A stretch of DNA of 64,000 nt from positions 1,054,001 through 1,118,000 of the forward strand of contig JASTWF010000034.1 of assembly GCA_030390025.1 (NCBI GenBank), in the 5' to 3' direction. Below are positions 11,919 to 24,989 of this stretch, piece after piece. Both the position numbers and the translations under genes were made by a program. The stretch comes from Squalus acanthias (lineage: Eukaryota). The notes under the pieces are model-generated. The model was given only the letters and a program-made list of their open reading frames with translations, searched no databases and was not told the origin of the DNA. Within the stretch, counting starts at the first letter, position 1. Each line of letters starts with the position of its first letter.

Positions 11919-14900
11919 CATAGAAACATAGAAAATAGGTGCAGGAGTAGACCATTCGGTCCTTCGAGCCTGCACCGCCATTCAATGCGTTCATGGCTGA
12001 ACATGCTACCTCAGTACCCCATTCCTGCTTTCTCGCCATACCCCTTCATCCCCCTAGTTGCAAGTATTATATCCAACTCCCTTTTGAATATATTTAGCGA
12101 ACTGGCCTCAACAACCTTCTGTGGTAGAGAGTCCCACAGCTTCACCACTCTCTGGGTGAAGAAGTTCCTCCTCATCTCAGTCTTAAATGGCTTCCCCTTT
12201 ATCCTTAGACTGTGACCCCTGGTTTTAGTTTTCCCTAACATTGGAAACATTCTGCCCGCATCTAATTTGTCTAAACCAGTCAGGATTTTAAACGTCTCTA
12301 TAAGATCCCCCCTCATTCTTCTGAACTCCAGAAGATACAAGTTCAGTTGATCCAGTCTTTCTTGATATGTCAGTCTGACCATCCCAGGAATCAATCTAGT
12401 GAACCTTCGTTGCACTCCCTCAATAGCAAGAATATCCTTCCTCAAGTTAGGAGACCAAAACTGCACACAATACTCCAGGTGTGGCCTCACCAAGGCCCTG
12501 TACAACTGTAGCATCACCTCCCTACTCCTGTACTCAAATCCCCTTGCTATGAAGGCCATCATGCCATTTGCTTTCTTGACTGCCTGCTGCACTTGCCTTC
12601 CCACCTTCAGTGACTGATGTACCATGACGCCCAGGTCTCGTTGCACCTCCCCTTTCCCTAATCTACCACCATTCAGGTAATAGTCTGCCTCCCTATTTTT
12701 ACCACCAAAGTGGATAACCTCACATTTATCCACATTGTACTTCATCTGCCATACATTTGCCCATTCACCCAACCTGTCCAAGTCACTCTGTAGCCTCCTA
12801 GCATCCTCCTCATTGTTCACACTGCCTCCCAATTTAGTGTCATCCGCAAATTTGGAGATATTACAATTAATCCCTTCGTCCAAATCATTAATATATAATG
12901 TAAACAGCTGGGGCCCCAGCACCGAACCCTGCGGTACCCCGCTGGTCACTGCCTGCCATTCTGAAAAGTACCCATTTACTCCTACTCTTTGTTTCCTGTG
13001 TGCCAACCAGTTCTCAATCCACGTCAACACATTACCCCCAATCCCATGTGCTTTAACTTTGCACACCAATCTCTTGTGTGGGACCTTGTCGAAGGCCTTC
13101 TGAAAGTCCAAATACACCACATCTACTGGCTCCCCCCGTCCACCCTATTGGAAACATCCTCAAAAAATTCCAGAAGATTTGTCAAGGATGATTTCCCTAT
13201 CACAAATCCATGCTGACTTGGACCTATCATGTCGCCACTTTCCAAATGGTCTGTTATGACATCTTTAATAATTGATTCCATCATTTTACCCATCACCGAT
13301 GTCAGGCTGACCGGTCTATAATTCCCTGCTTTCTCCCTCCGTCCTTTTTTAAAAAGAGGGGTTACATTAGCCACCCTCCACTCCTTTGGAACTGATCCAG
13401 AGTCTAAAGTTTGTTGGAAAATGATCGTCAATGCATCCACTATTTCCAAGGCCACCTCCTTCAGTACTCTGGGATGCAGACCATCAGGCCCTGGGGATTT
13501 ATCAGCCTTCAGTCCCATCTATTTCCCCAACACTTTTTCCGACTGATAAGGATTTCCCTCAGCTCCTCCCTCTTACCAGATCCTTTGATCTCTTTTATTT
13601 CCGGAAGGTTGTTTGTGTCCTCCACAGTAAACACCGAACCAAAGTACTTGTTCAATTGATCTGCCATTTCTTTGTTCCCCATTATGACTTCCCCTGTTTC
13701 TGACTGCAGGGGACCTATGTTTGTTTTTACTAACCTCTTTCTTTTTACATATTTATAGAAGCTTTTGCAGTCCGTTTTAATGTTCTCCGCAAGCTTCCTT
13801 TCATATTTTATTTTCCCTGCCATAATCAAACCCTTCGTCCTCCTCTGCTGAGTTTTAAAGTTCTCCCAGTCCCCGGGTTTGCTGCTACTTCTGGCCAATT
13901 TGTATGCCACTTCCTTGCTTTTAGTACTATCCCTGATTTCCCTTGTTAGCCATGGTTGAGCCACCTTCCCTTTTTTATTTTTACGCCAGATAGGGATGTG
14001 CAATTGCTGTAGTTCATCCATGCGATCTCTAAATGTCTGCCATTGCCCTTCCACTGATAACCCCTTAAGTATCGCTTGCCAATCTAACATCGCCAATTCA
14101 CGCCTCATACCCTCAAAGTTGCCCTTATTTAAGTTCTGGACCATGGTCTTTGAATTAACTGTTTCCTTCTCCATCCTAATGTAGAACTCCACCATACTAT
14201 GGTCACTCTTCCCCAAGGGGCCTCGCACCACAAGATTGCTGATTAGTCCTTCCTCATTACACAACACCCAGTCCAGGATGGCCTCCCCTCTAGTTGGTTC
14301 CTCAACTTATTGGTTTAGGAAACCATCCCTTAAACACTCCAGGAAATCCTCCTCCACCGTATTGCTTCCAGTTTGAGTAGCCCAATCTATATGCATATTA
14401 AAGTCACCCATGATAACTGCTGCGCCTTTTTTGCATGCACCTCTGATTTCCTGTTTCATACCCTCCCCCACCTCACTACTACTGTTTAGACGTCTGTACA
14501 CAACCCCCACTAACGTTTTCCGCCCTTTGGTGTTCTGCAGCTCAACCCATATTGATTCCACATCCTCCAAGCTAATGTCCTTCCTAGCTATTGCATTAAT
14601 CTCCTTTTTAACCAGCAATGCTACCCCACCCCCTTTTCCTTTTATTCTATCCTTCCTGAATGTTGAATACCCCTGGATATTCAGTCCCAAGCCTTGATTG
14701 TTCTGGAGCCACGTCTCTGTAATCCCAATCACATCATATCCGTTAACATCAATTTGCACAGTCAATTCATCCACCTTATTATGGATACTCCTTGCATTAA
14801 GACACAGAGCCTTTAGGCTTGTTTTATTAACACCCTTTGTCCTTTTAGACTTATGATTTAGTATGGCCCTTTGTGTTTCTTGCCTTTGTTTACTCGGATT

Positions 14901-16310
14901 CCCCTTATTGTTTCTCACCCTTCTAACATTTGTTTCTGACTGCATATTACTTCCCCCTGTTTCGCTACATAGGTTCCCATTCCCCTGCCATATTAGTTTA
15001 AATCCTCCCGAACTGCCTTAGCAAATATTACCCCGAGGACATCGGTTCCAGTCCTGCCCAAGTGCAGACCGTCCCTTTTGTACAGGTCCCAGTTCCCCCA
15101 GAACTGGTTCCAATGCCTCAGGTAGTTGAATACCTCCCTCCTGCACCACTGCTCAAGCCACGTATTTAATCTCGCTATCCTGTTCATGCTACTCTGATTA
15201 GCACGTTGGACTGGTAGCAACCCAGAGATTACTACCTTTGAGGTCCGACTTTTCAATTTAGCTCCTAGCTCCCTAAATTCTGCTTGTAGGACCTCTTCCC
15301 GCTTTTTACCTATATCGTTGGTACTTACATGCACCACGACAGCTGGCTCTTCACCCTCCCTTTCCAGAATGTTCTGCAGCCGCTCCGAGACATCCTTGAC
15401 CCTTGCACCAGGGAGGCAACATACCATCCTGCAATCTCGGTTGCGGCCACAGAAACTCCTGTCTATTCCCCTTACAATTGAGTCCCCTATCACTATAGCT
15501 CTACCACTCTTTTTCCCGCCCTGCTGTGCAGCAGAGCCAGCCATGGTGCCATGAACCTGGCTGCTGGTGCCTTCCCCTGGTAGGTCATTTCCCCCAACAG
15601 TATCCAAAACGGTATATCTGTTTTGGAGGGAGACGACCGCAGGAGACTCCTGCACTACCTTCCTGATATTGCCCTGCCTCTTGGTCACCCATTTACTGTC
15701 TGACCTAGCCTTTACCCGCGGTGTGTTCAACTCACTAAATGAGTAATCCACAAAGTTCTCGGCATCGTGGATGCTCCAGAGTGAGTCCATCCGCAGCTCC
15801 AGTCCCGCCATGCTGTCCGTCAGGAGCTGCAGCTGGACGCACTTCCTGCACACATAGTTGTCAGGGACACTGGAAGCAACAGCTCCACCTATATACGGGT
15901 ACCAATGAATTGGCCCCGCCCTCTGACTTTGACCCCTGCTGATTGATTAGAAAACTGGTTTGCACTGCTTGCTGTGCCAATTTACTGCTACTGCAGTGTA
16001 ACTTTGTTTTGCTCTTCTTCAACCAACAGAAACCCAAATAGTTAACTTTTCCCCTTCACTTAAACTGCTTAAGTACTCTTATCAAGACTGATTTAAAGAG
16101 AACTAACAATTAAAGAACTACTCCCACTTACCCAAACTCACAGCACCCTCTGCTGACTTGCACTCAGTGCTGGCTCGCCCTTAAACTGGTCTGTTTTACT
16201 GTTTGTTTACAGCCAAATGAGTCACTCCTGCTGATTGATTAGAAAACTGGTTTCCACTGCTTGCTGTGCCAATTTACTGCTACTGCAGTGTAACCTTGTC
16301 TTACTCTTCT
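11919..16310 (-). mobile_element. CR1/HER1 LINE, same subfamily as 5125-9262; ORF2 multiply frameshifted, ORF1 N-terminus deleted
   Basis: ORFs 14993-15853 (esterase), 14307-14945, 13509-14267, 13123-13518 and 12011-13120. 15878-16310 is a probable 5' UTR with an ~85-bp direct repeat (15936-16020, 16227-16311). Confidence 0.95.
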
Positions 16311-16359
16311 TTGATAGAATGGTGTATTTTTCTGAATAGGTTATATGGCTTATACTTTC

Positions 16360-19020
16360 ACAGATAAACCACACACCTCTCACTGCAACACTCTGATATA
16401 ACCCACACTCCTGATTGTAACACTCTTTTACATACCCCAAGGAAGGCAAATGGTATGCTGGCCTTCATTACAAGAAGATTTGAGTACAGGAGTAAAGAAG
16501 TCTTCCTCCTATTATATAGGGCCTTGGTGTGACCACACCTGGAGTACTGTGTACAATTTTGGTTTCTTTACCTAAGGAAGGATATACTTGCCATAGAGGG
16601 AGTGCAACGAAGGTTCACGAGATTGATTCCTGGGAAGACGGGACTGTCATATGAGAAGAGATTAAGTAAACTAGGCCTGTGTTCTCTTGAATTCAGAAGA
16701 ATGAGAGGGGATCTCTTTGTAGCATAAACAATTAGTACAGTGCTTGATAGGTTGGATGCTGGGAGAATGTTTCCCTTGGTTGGGGAGTCTAGAACCAGGG
16801 GCCACAGCCTTATGATAAAGGGTAGGCCATCCCAGGACTGAGATGAGAAGCATAGAAACATAGAATCATAGAAGATAGGAGCAGGAGTAGGCAATTCGGC
16901 CCCTCGAGCCTGCTCCGCCATTTAATGCGATCATGGCTGATCATCCAAATTCAGTACCCTGTACCTGCCTTCTCCTCATATCCCTTGATCCCCTTAGCCT
17001 TAAGAAATATATCTAACTCTAATAAAGACATTTCTTCACACAGAGGGTGGTGAATCTTTGGAATTCTTTGCCCCAGAGGGCTGTGGAGGCTCAGTCATTG
17101 AATATATTCAAAACAGAAGTCGATAGATTTCTGACTAGTAAGGGCATCAAGGGATATCGAGATAAGACCGGTGAAAGGAATTGAGACAGAAAATCAGCCA
17201 TGATGTCATTGAATGGTGGAGCAGGCTCAAGGGGCCGAATGGCCTACTCCTGCTCCTATTTCTTCCGTTCTTATGTTCTTAAACCTCTCACTGTAACACA
17301 CCGTTTTACCCCACACCTCTCACTGTAACACTCTCTGATATACTCCATACCCCTCACTGTAACACTCTCTGATATACTCCACACCCCTCACTGTAACACT
17401 CTGATATACTCCATACCCCTCACTGTAACACTCTGATATACCCAACACCCCTCAATGTAACACAATGATATAAACCCACACCCCTGACTGTAACACTCCG
17501 TTATACACCACAGCTTTCACTGTAACACTGTGTTAATTAACCCAACTCTGCTCATTGTATTACTGTGATGTACCCCACACCTCTCACTGTAACACTCTGT
17601 GATATACTCCATATCCCTCGCTGTAACACTCTGATATACCCGACACCCTTCAATGTAAAACACTCACATAAACCCACACCCCTGATTGTAACACTCTGTT
17701 ATACACCACACCTCTCAATTTAACACTCTGATATACCCAACACCGCTCATTGTATTACTCTGATGTACCCCACACCCCTCACTGTAGATCTTTGATGTAA
17801 ACCCACTCCCCTGCTTAAAACTTCTGATATACCCCACACACCCCTCACTGTAAATATCGATATACCCAACACCCCTCACTGTAGCACTCTGATATAAACC
17901 CACGCCCCTGACTATAACTCTGCTATACTCCACACATCCCTTACAGTAACACACTGATATACCACACGCACCTCTCTGTACCACTATGATATACCCCTTA
18001 CTTTAATCCTCTCTTACATATTCCAAACCTCTCACTGTAACAGACCAATATACCCCACTCACCTCACGTTAACAATCAGATATACCCCACACCCCTCACT
18101 GTAATGCTCTGATATACCCCACATCCCTCACTGTAATGCTCTGATATACCCCCCACTGTAATGCTTAGATATACCGCACACTTCTCGCTGTAACACTTTG
18201 ATACACACAAAAACCACCAATGTAACACACTGATATACCCCACACCGTTTACGGTAACACTATGATATACCCCACACACCTCACTGCAACATGCTGATAA
18301 TCCCCACACCCCTCACTGTAACAGCCTGATATACAGCACACACCTCACCTTAACTCTCTGATTTACCTCACATTCCTCGCTGCAACACTCTGATATTCCC
18401 CAACCCCCACACTGTTACACCCTGATATACTGCACACACCTCACTTTAACACTCTGATGTACCCCACACACCTCACTGTAACACGCTGATAAACCCCACA
18501 CCCCTCATTGTAACTCTCTGATGTACACCAACCCCATCACTGTAATACTCTGATACACCCCACACACCTCACTGTAACACTATGATAAACCCCACACCCC
18601 ACACTGTTACACACTGATATACTGCACACACCTCACTTTAACACTCTGATGTTCCCACACAGCTCACTGTAACACTCTGATGTACCCCACACACCTCACT
18701 GCAACACGCTGATAAACCCCACACCCCTCATTGTAACTCTCTGATGTACACCAACCCCATCACTGTAATACTCTGATACACCCCACACACCTCACTGTAA
18801 CACTATGATAAACCCCACACCCCTCACTGTAACACACTGATATACACCAACCCCCTCACTGTAACACCCTGATACACGCCACAACCCTCACTGTAACACT
18901 ATGATGAACCCCACACACCTCACTGTAACTCTCTGATAAACCGCACACCCCTCATTGTAACACTCTGATACATCCCTCAATGTAATTCTCTCTTACATAC
19001 TGATACACCCCACACCACAC
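16360..19020. repeat. Continuation of the 32-bp minisatellite (16360-16440 and 17282-19020)
   Basis: Same unit as 9330-10841. Confidence 0.93.
16441..17281 (+). mobile_element. CR1 3' fragment containing a nested inverted CR1 3' end (16851-17020)
   Basis: KANGMLAFI..RPHLEYC..EFRRMRGDL; colinearity resumes after the nested piece. Confidence 0.9.
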
Positions 19021-19269
19021 CCTGTTGTCACTGCCACTTTAATCCCATGGGCTTCAATTTTGGAATTATCTGATACTTTATCAAGCACCTTTCGTAATGA
19101 TTGGGAAATTAGGAAAGTGTGAGTAGTATCAATCATACAACGATAGAATTGGAGATCCAAATGGTGTTGACAATTTTTTAGCGTACTTGACGCCCCGCTC
19201 TGATCACAGGCCTCATCTGGTTTCAATCAATGAATTATAAAATCATTGATTTGAATCCTATTTTATTAT

Positions 19270-19465
19270 TTCGATGTATTTGTTCTCAGGCTAGGGGTGA
19301 CGCTGTCAAGGTTGGTTTCACTTGTCCATCCCTAGTTACCCATGAGAAAATGGTGGGCCTTCATCTTGAGCCGCTGCAGTCCGTGTGGTGAAGGTGCTCC
19401 CACAATACTGTTACTGAAGGATTTTCAAGCTTATGACCCAGTGACGATGAAAGAACGGCGATATA
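19270..19465 (-). mobile_element. Old 3' fragment of the LINE family also present at 33772-34590
   Basis: Reverse complement matches 34390-34570 (CACCACA.GGACTGCAGCGG, TCATCGTCACTGGGTCA). Confidence 0.75.
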
Positions 19466-19470
19466 ATTGA

Positions 19471-19896
19471 TGGGTACGGTTGCATAGTGGTTATGTTGCT
19501 GAACTAGTTAATACCAGATGACTGGACATATGATCCAGAGACATGTGTTCAAATCCCAAATGCTGGGGTAATTTAAATTCAATTAATTAAACAAATCTGG
19601 AATGAAATGCTTGTGTCAATAATGGTGACAATGAAAGTACCGGATTGTCGTAAAATTCCATCTGGTTCACTAATGTCTTTCGGGAAGGAAATCTGCTGTC
19701 CTTACCTGGTCTGGCAGAAATGTGACTCCAGACCCACTGCAATGTGGTTGACTCTTACCTGGCCTCTGAAATGGCCCGTCAAGACATTTTACTTGTCACA
19801 GCAGGCTCACCACCACCCGCTCAATGGGAATTAGGGATGGGCAATAAATGCTGGCTTCGTCAGCGACGCCCACATCCCAAGAATTAGTTATAAAAA
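19471..19896 (+). mobile_element. tRNA-derived SINE with a CR1-clade 3' tail
   Basis: A-box-like TGCATAGTGG and B-box-like GTTCAAATCC; tail GGATGGGCAATAAATGCTGGC..AGCGACGCCCACATCCC shared with 34528-34571. Confidence 0.8.
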
Positions 19897-20029
19897 TGAT
19901 TTATTAAGTGTCATAATGATTGAAAACGCATCATAATGTTTTATTAATGGTCATAATGATTTATAAAGGGTTATAAAAGATCTGTAAAGTGGTGCAATGA
20001 TTTTAAAGTGTTATAATGACTAATAAAGT

Positions 20030-20194
20030 CCTGGTGCCGGGCCATCTCCTCCCCGGGCTGGGCTGCTCGGGGTCCTGTGGGCCGTGCCGGGCAGGCTGCT
20101 CCGCCTCGCCGCCCGCTCTCACAGTAACCGGGACTCCAACTGCTCCCGCCATCCAGACACTCGCCGCCCGCCGCCAGGGAAAGACCCTGAGTGA
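20030..20194 (-). promoter_or_regulatory. CpG-island-like unique segment adjoining the 27-bp array
   Basis: Very GC/CpG-rich non-repetitive stretch with GC boxes (CGCCCGCC); function is inferred. Confidence 0.4.
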
Positions 20195-21815
20195 CTGCCG
20201 CAATCCTTGTGCGGAGCCGCAGAGCCGCAATCCTTGTGCGGGGCCCCAGAGCCGCAATCCTTGTGCGGGGCCCAGGAGCCACCATCTTTGTGCGGGGCCC
20301 CAGAGCCGCCATCTTTGTGGGTGTCCCCTGTGCCGCCATCATCGTGTGGGGCCCCAGAGTTGCCATCTTTGTGCAGGGCCCCAGAGCTGCCATCTTTGTG
20401 CGGGGCCGCAGAGCCGCCATCTTTGTTCGGGCCCCAGAGCCACCATCTTTGTGCGTGGCTCCAGAGCCGCCATCTTTCAGTCCGCCGCAGGAGCCGCCAT
20501 TTTTGTGCGGAGCCCCGGAGCCGCCATCTTTGTGCTTGGCACGGAGCCGCCATAATTGTGCTGTGCCCCAGCGCCGCCATCTTTGTTCGGGGCCGCGGAG
20601 CCGCCATATTTTTGCGGAGACCCGGAGCCGCCATCTTTGTGCGTGGCCCCAGAGTCGCCATTGTTGTGCGGGGCCCCGGAGCCGCCAGCTTTGTGCTGGT
20701 CCCCGGAGCCACCATTTTTGTGCTGGGCCCCGGAGCCGCCATCTTTGAGCTGGGCCCCAGAGCCGCCATATTTGTTCTGGGCCCCGGTGCCGCCATCTTT
20801 GTGCTGGGCCCCAGAGCCGCATTCTTTGAGCGGGTCCCCAGAGCCTCCATCTTTGTGCGGGGCCCCAGACCCGCCATTTTTGGGCGGGGGTCTACAGAGC
20901 CGCCAACTTTTTGCGGAACCCCAGAGCCGCCATCTTTGTGCGGGGCCCTAGAGCCGCCATTTTGTTGGGATCCCAGAACAACCATCTTTGTGCGGGGCTA
21001 CAGAGCCACCATTTTTCAGTCCGGCGCAGGCGCCGCCATTATTGTGCGGGGCCCCGGAGCCACCATTTTTGTGCTGGGCACGGAGCCGCCATATTTGTGC
21101 GGGGCTCCGGAGCCGCCATTTTTCTGCGGAGCCCCAGTGCCGCCATTGTTGTGCGAGGCCCCGGAGCCGCCATCTTTGTGCGGGGCCGCGAAGCCGCCAT
21201 CTTTGTGCTGGGCCACGGAGCCGCCATTTTTGTGCTGGGCCCTGGAGCCGCCATCTTTGTGCTGGGCCCCGGAGCCGCTATCTTTGTACTGGGCTCTAGA
21301 GCCGCCATCTTTGTGCTGGGCCCCGGAGCCGCCATCTTTGTGCTGGGCCCCGGAGCTGCCATTTTTGTATGGGACCCGGAGCAGCCATCTTTGTGCTGGG
21401 CCCCAGAACCGCAATTTTTGTGCGGGCCCGTCGCCCGCCATTTTTGGGCGGGTGTCTACAGAGCCGCCATATTTGTGCTGGGCCCCAAAGCCGCCATCCT
21501 CGTGCGGGGTCCCAGAACCGCCAAATGTTTGCGGAACCCCAGAGCCGCCATGTTTTTGTTGTTCCCCAGAGCCGCCATCTTAGTGCAGGACCCAGAGCCG
21601 CCATCTTTGTGCGGGGCCCCGGAGCCGCCATTTTTGTGCAGTAACCAGAGTCGCCATTTTTATGCGGAGCCGCCATCTTTGTGCTGTGCCCCAGAGCCGC
21701 CATTGTTGTGCGGGGCGCCGATGCCACCATCTTTGTGCGGGGCGCCGGTGCCGCCATCTTTGTGCGGGACGCCGGGCCGCCATCTTTGTGCAGGGCCCCG
21801 GAGCCGCCATCTTTG
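20195..21815. repeat. GC/CpG-rich 27-bp minisatellite (GAGCCGCCATCTTTGTGCGGGGCCCC[A/G]), ~60 copies, most with a YY1-consensus core
   Basis: Period 27 (9-aa repeats in every frame); GCCGCCAT(C/T)TT in most units. Confidence 0.95.
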
Positions 21816-21882
21816 GGAGGGGCACCAACATATGAGACCCTGTGAACTATCAACTCTTGGGTTGCAAATTCTCCGCTTCTTC

Positions 21883-22784
21883 TCATCCTTTAATGAATTT
21901 TACAATCAGAGTAAAGGGATATTTCCCCACTTTTTTCAACTGCTGTCTAAACTTAGTCTGGGTCACGGCGTAAATCCCAGTGTTTGTGCAGCAACTCAGC
22001 AGTTGCAGCATGAATCCCAGTTCCATTACATAATGCGGTATAGAAATAGCCTTATTCCTTAAAAGCTGCATCCGGTTACACATAGAAAACACCATAAACA
22101 CTGCCCATAACAGGATAAAATTCCCGGAGATAACAAGCAGTAAAATGATGGATTTCCTGCGACTCTCCATCTCTGGGTCTCTGGGACTCTCCCCACTGCT
22201 GGGACCCCGGAGTCTCCTGCGGGCTCTGCTGGACACTAAAATGTGTCTGACGGTGACAGCATTGAGCAGCAGAATCACCACAAATGGGACACACGGGGTG
22301 AGAATATAATGAAGGAACTCGATTGATCCCCAAACCCGTGACCTCTGAATATCCTCTGTGACATCACAAAACCAGGGGGCGTTCCCAAGCAAATACCGAC
22401 CTGTGAACATAAAATACCAGATGATGTTCTTTAAACCGCTCAGCACAGTCACTGTTCCCAGAACCACAGCCGCCGTTTTCTCGGTGCAATATTTAGTTTT
22501 CAGCTTCTGGCAACAAATGGCCACAAATCGATCAAAGGTGAAAGTGACGGTGAACCAGACAGAACAGTCTGATGCTGCAAACAGCAGGACGGCGTGGATA
22601 TTACACACGCGGATAGACACCACGAAAATAAACTGTTCCCAATAACTAATCGGAATGTGCCTCAATATCAGGTCGAGGATAACGACCAGTAGATCCGCCG
22701 CTGCCATGGCCACCAGGTAGCGAGTGACACATTTGGAGAGTCCACACTTTCCCCGAGACAGGATCACAATCGTCACTAAGTTTA
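21883..22784 (-). CDS. GPR139-like: GPR139/GPR142-like class A GPCR, large terminal coding exon (end of TM1 to C-terminus)
   Basis: Open ~300 codons: NLVTIVILSR, YLVAMAAADLLV (TM2), SVWFTVTFTFDRF (DRY-like), PFVVILLLN (TM5), CTNTGIYA (TM7). Acceptor TTTCCCTTCCTCACAG at 22785-22800, phase 1. Orthology not established. Confidence 0.9.
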
Positions 22785-24086
22785 CTGTGAGGAAGGGAAA
22801 TAAACAGGGAAATTATTCATCAGGCTGGGAGGAAAAGCAGCAGTTTGAGGGAATTCGGGGTGAAATCTGCAACTCTAACCGACATTGAATGATATAATCT
22901 AATCCTATTACCTGTAGAGCTGAATACAGGGCTTATTGTAAGAATAATCGGGAATACATTGTGGAATCAGTAACTGAAATGGGAATAAATACAATATGAA
23001 AGTAACAGATGTTTGATCAAGGAAAGATTAAATGATCGATCTAACTTTAGCCCAGCAGACAAAAGCACCGCCCGAGGTATCAGGGACACAAAGGACCAGA
23101 CCCTCTCAGGAAGCCTTCGTGTCCCGGGATCAGTCAGCATTTGGAGCGGTGCAGTTCGCTTCTGTGCACCTGTGTTAGGGAGGGGGAAATCCCGCTTGGA
23201 TTCCTGCTCTTGGTTAGAATATCCATTCTATTTAGAACTGAAAATGAATGCAACAGCAAAGTACAGAAACTGCAACCTTCGCATGCAATAGTTACAGACA
23301 ATTGTAAGTAAAATGTACGGATGTAATACGACAATGCTAAGATAATAAATACAAGGGCACTGCAGTTACAAAGATAACTGGGCTATCAGATATGTTTTAA
23401 AGATTGAGTTTTCTGCATTTTTGTTGAAATACACAAATTCTAAATCATTGAAAGGAAGATTTGCCAAGTAACATTGCAAATAATGGATTCTGAATTAAAG
23501 TAAATAGTGATGATTGACCAGGTAATGTCCCACTAAATGCATTTATCAGCATCGAAATCAGACGACTTAACCCACAGGCAAAGTGCCGCCGAATGCTGTT
23601 GTAAAGTATCTGAACACAAATGGAAGAGATTTATCCTTGTACTTTTTCACCTGTTGTTTCCAACTTGTGCAGAGAATATTAGACGAGAAGATATCAAAGG
23701 ATTTTCTTATCCTCAGTACTTCAGTTACAATCAGCTGGGATTGTTTACCTGAAGTACAGCAGGAGGCAATAGAGAATCACTCTGGGTCTCACTGACAGAT
23801 CCACTGAACTGTGACAGACGGGCATGGGATCCAATTGTAAATTCAAAACAACGATTGGAAATAAATGTATTGAAATCTGTCTGAATTAACGTTTTGTGAG
23901 AATGTAAATTATCCTTGTAATCTTACTTTAACCATCAGAAGCAGAATGCAGAACTGGAGAGGGTGGGAAAGGAGACACTGACTGGAACTGAATGATTAGC
24001 GGATATTTCAGACATTTAAAGATGTGGATGTGATCTGCCAGGATTTGTTCCTGTGACTCTGTAAGTATCCATACCGAGCATTAGGT

Positions 24087-24225
24087 GAAAACAAAAGCAA
24101 AATACTGCGGATTCTGGAAATCTGAAATGAAAACAGAAAATGATGGAAATACTCAGCGGGTCAGACAGCATCTTTGGACAGAGAGAGAAACAGAGTTAAC
24201 GTTTCAGGTCGATGGCCTTTCGCCA
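24087..24225 (-). mobile_element. PLE terminal fragment (partial hammerhead)
   Basis: Matches 35108-35230. Confidence 0.8.
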
Positions 24226-24989
24226 TTAGGTGAAAAGTCTCCTAAACCAAGACAGCATTCATCTGATCTGATACTAATGTCCAGTGTAGGTAGTAGACTG
24301 AAATTCGTTAAATAAAGAGTCACCTCCAATAAATTTACTTGAGTTGAACATTTGAATCTTGGTTTAACGAAATCACCTTCAGAATCAATAGCTGACAGCA
24401 GCGCGGATGGGATGGGGAACGACAAAGAGAGAAACACAGATAATCATTGGGGGAAAAGTCGGTTGGTTAGCAGCTCCCCTGAGCACTTTCGGGGGGGGGG
24501 GGGAGGGGAAACGGGGCGATAGGCGCTTAGCGCCCGAGCGCTGCTATTTTAGCGCCGCTCACGAAATTGACCAGACATTTTGCGCTGGCACTGAACACTG
24601 CCGCCACGATCTCATGCGCCTGCAGATCGTGACATCAGTCGAGCATGCAACACCCCGGTAATGCACCGGACTGAAAATTGAGCCGCGTCCCCTGCCTTAG
24701 CGCCTACAGCTAGGAACGACACGTAGATGGGGAATGTTTTCAAGTCGGGAAGTGGCTGGGGGAGCGTGATTTAATAGCGGTTGCCTCCTGCCGTTTGTTG
24801 TCAGCAACATTTTTGTTACATGCAGGTTGAGACACGTCTGGAGAGATTCGACACTCACCGAAGGAGTTTTGGGTCCTGAGCACCAATTTGGAGGGTTATT
24901 TTTATTTCACCTTCCTTCTAACGATATTTAGAAGCTTCGATGTGGGCCGCTCTAACTTGGGGACAGCAGAGGCGCAGAGAGAGAGAGAG

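Noticed and set aside
19971..22062. Long ORFs (283-458 aa) on both strands across the 27-bp array
   Set aside because: The unit length is a multiple of 3 and GC-rich, so most frames stay open; the products are 9-aa repeats with no domain
22911..22960. Nearby GTAATA donor as GPCR exon 1
   Set aside because: The ATG-led frame has a stop, is in the wrong phase and has no TM1-like sequence
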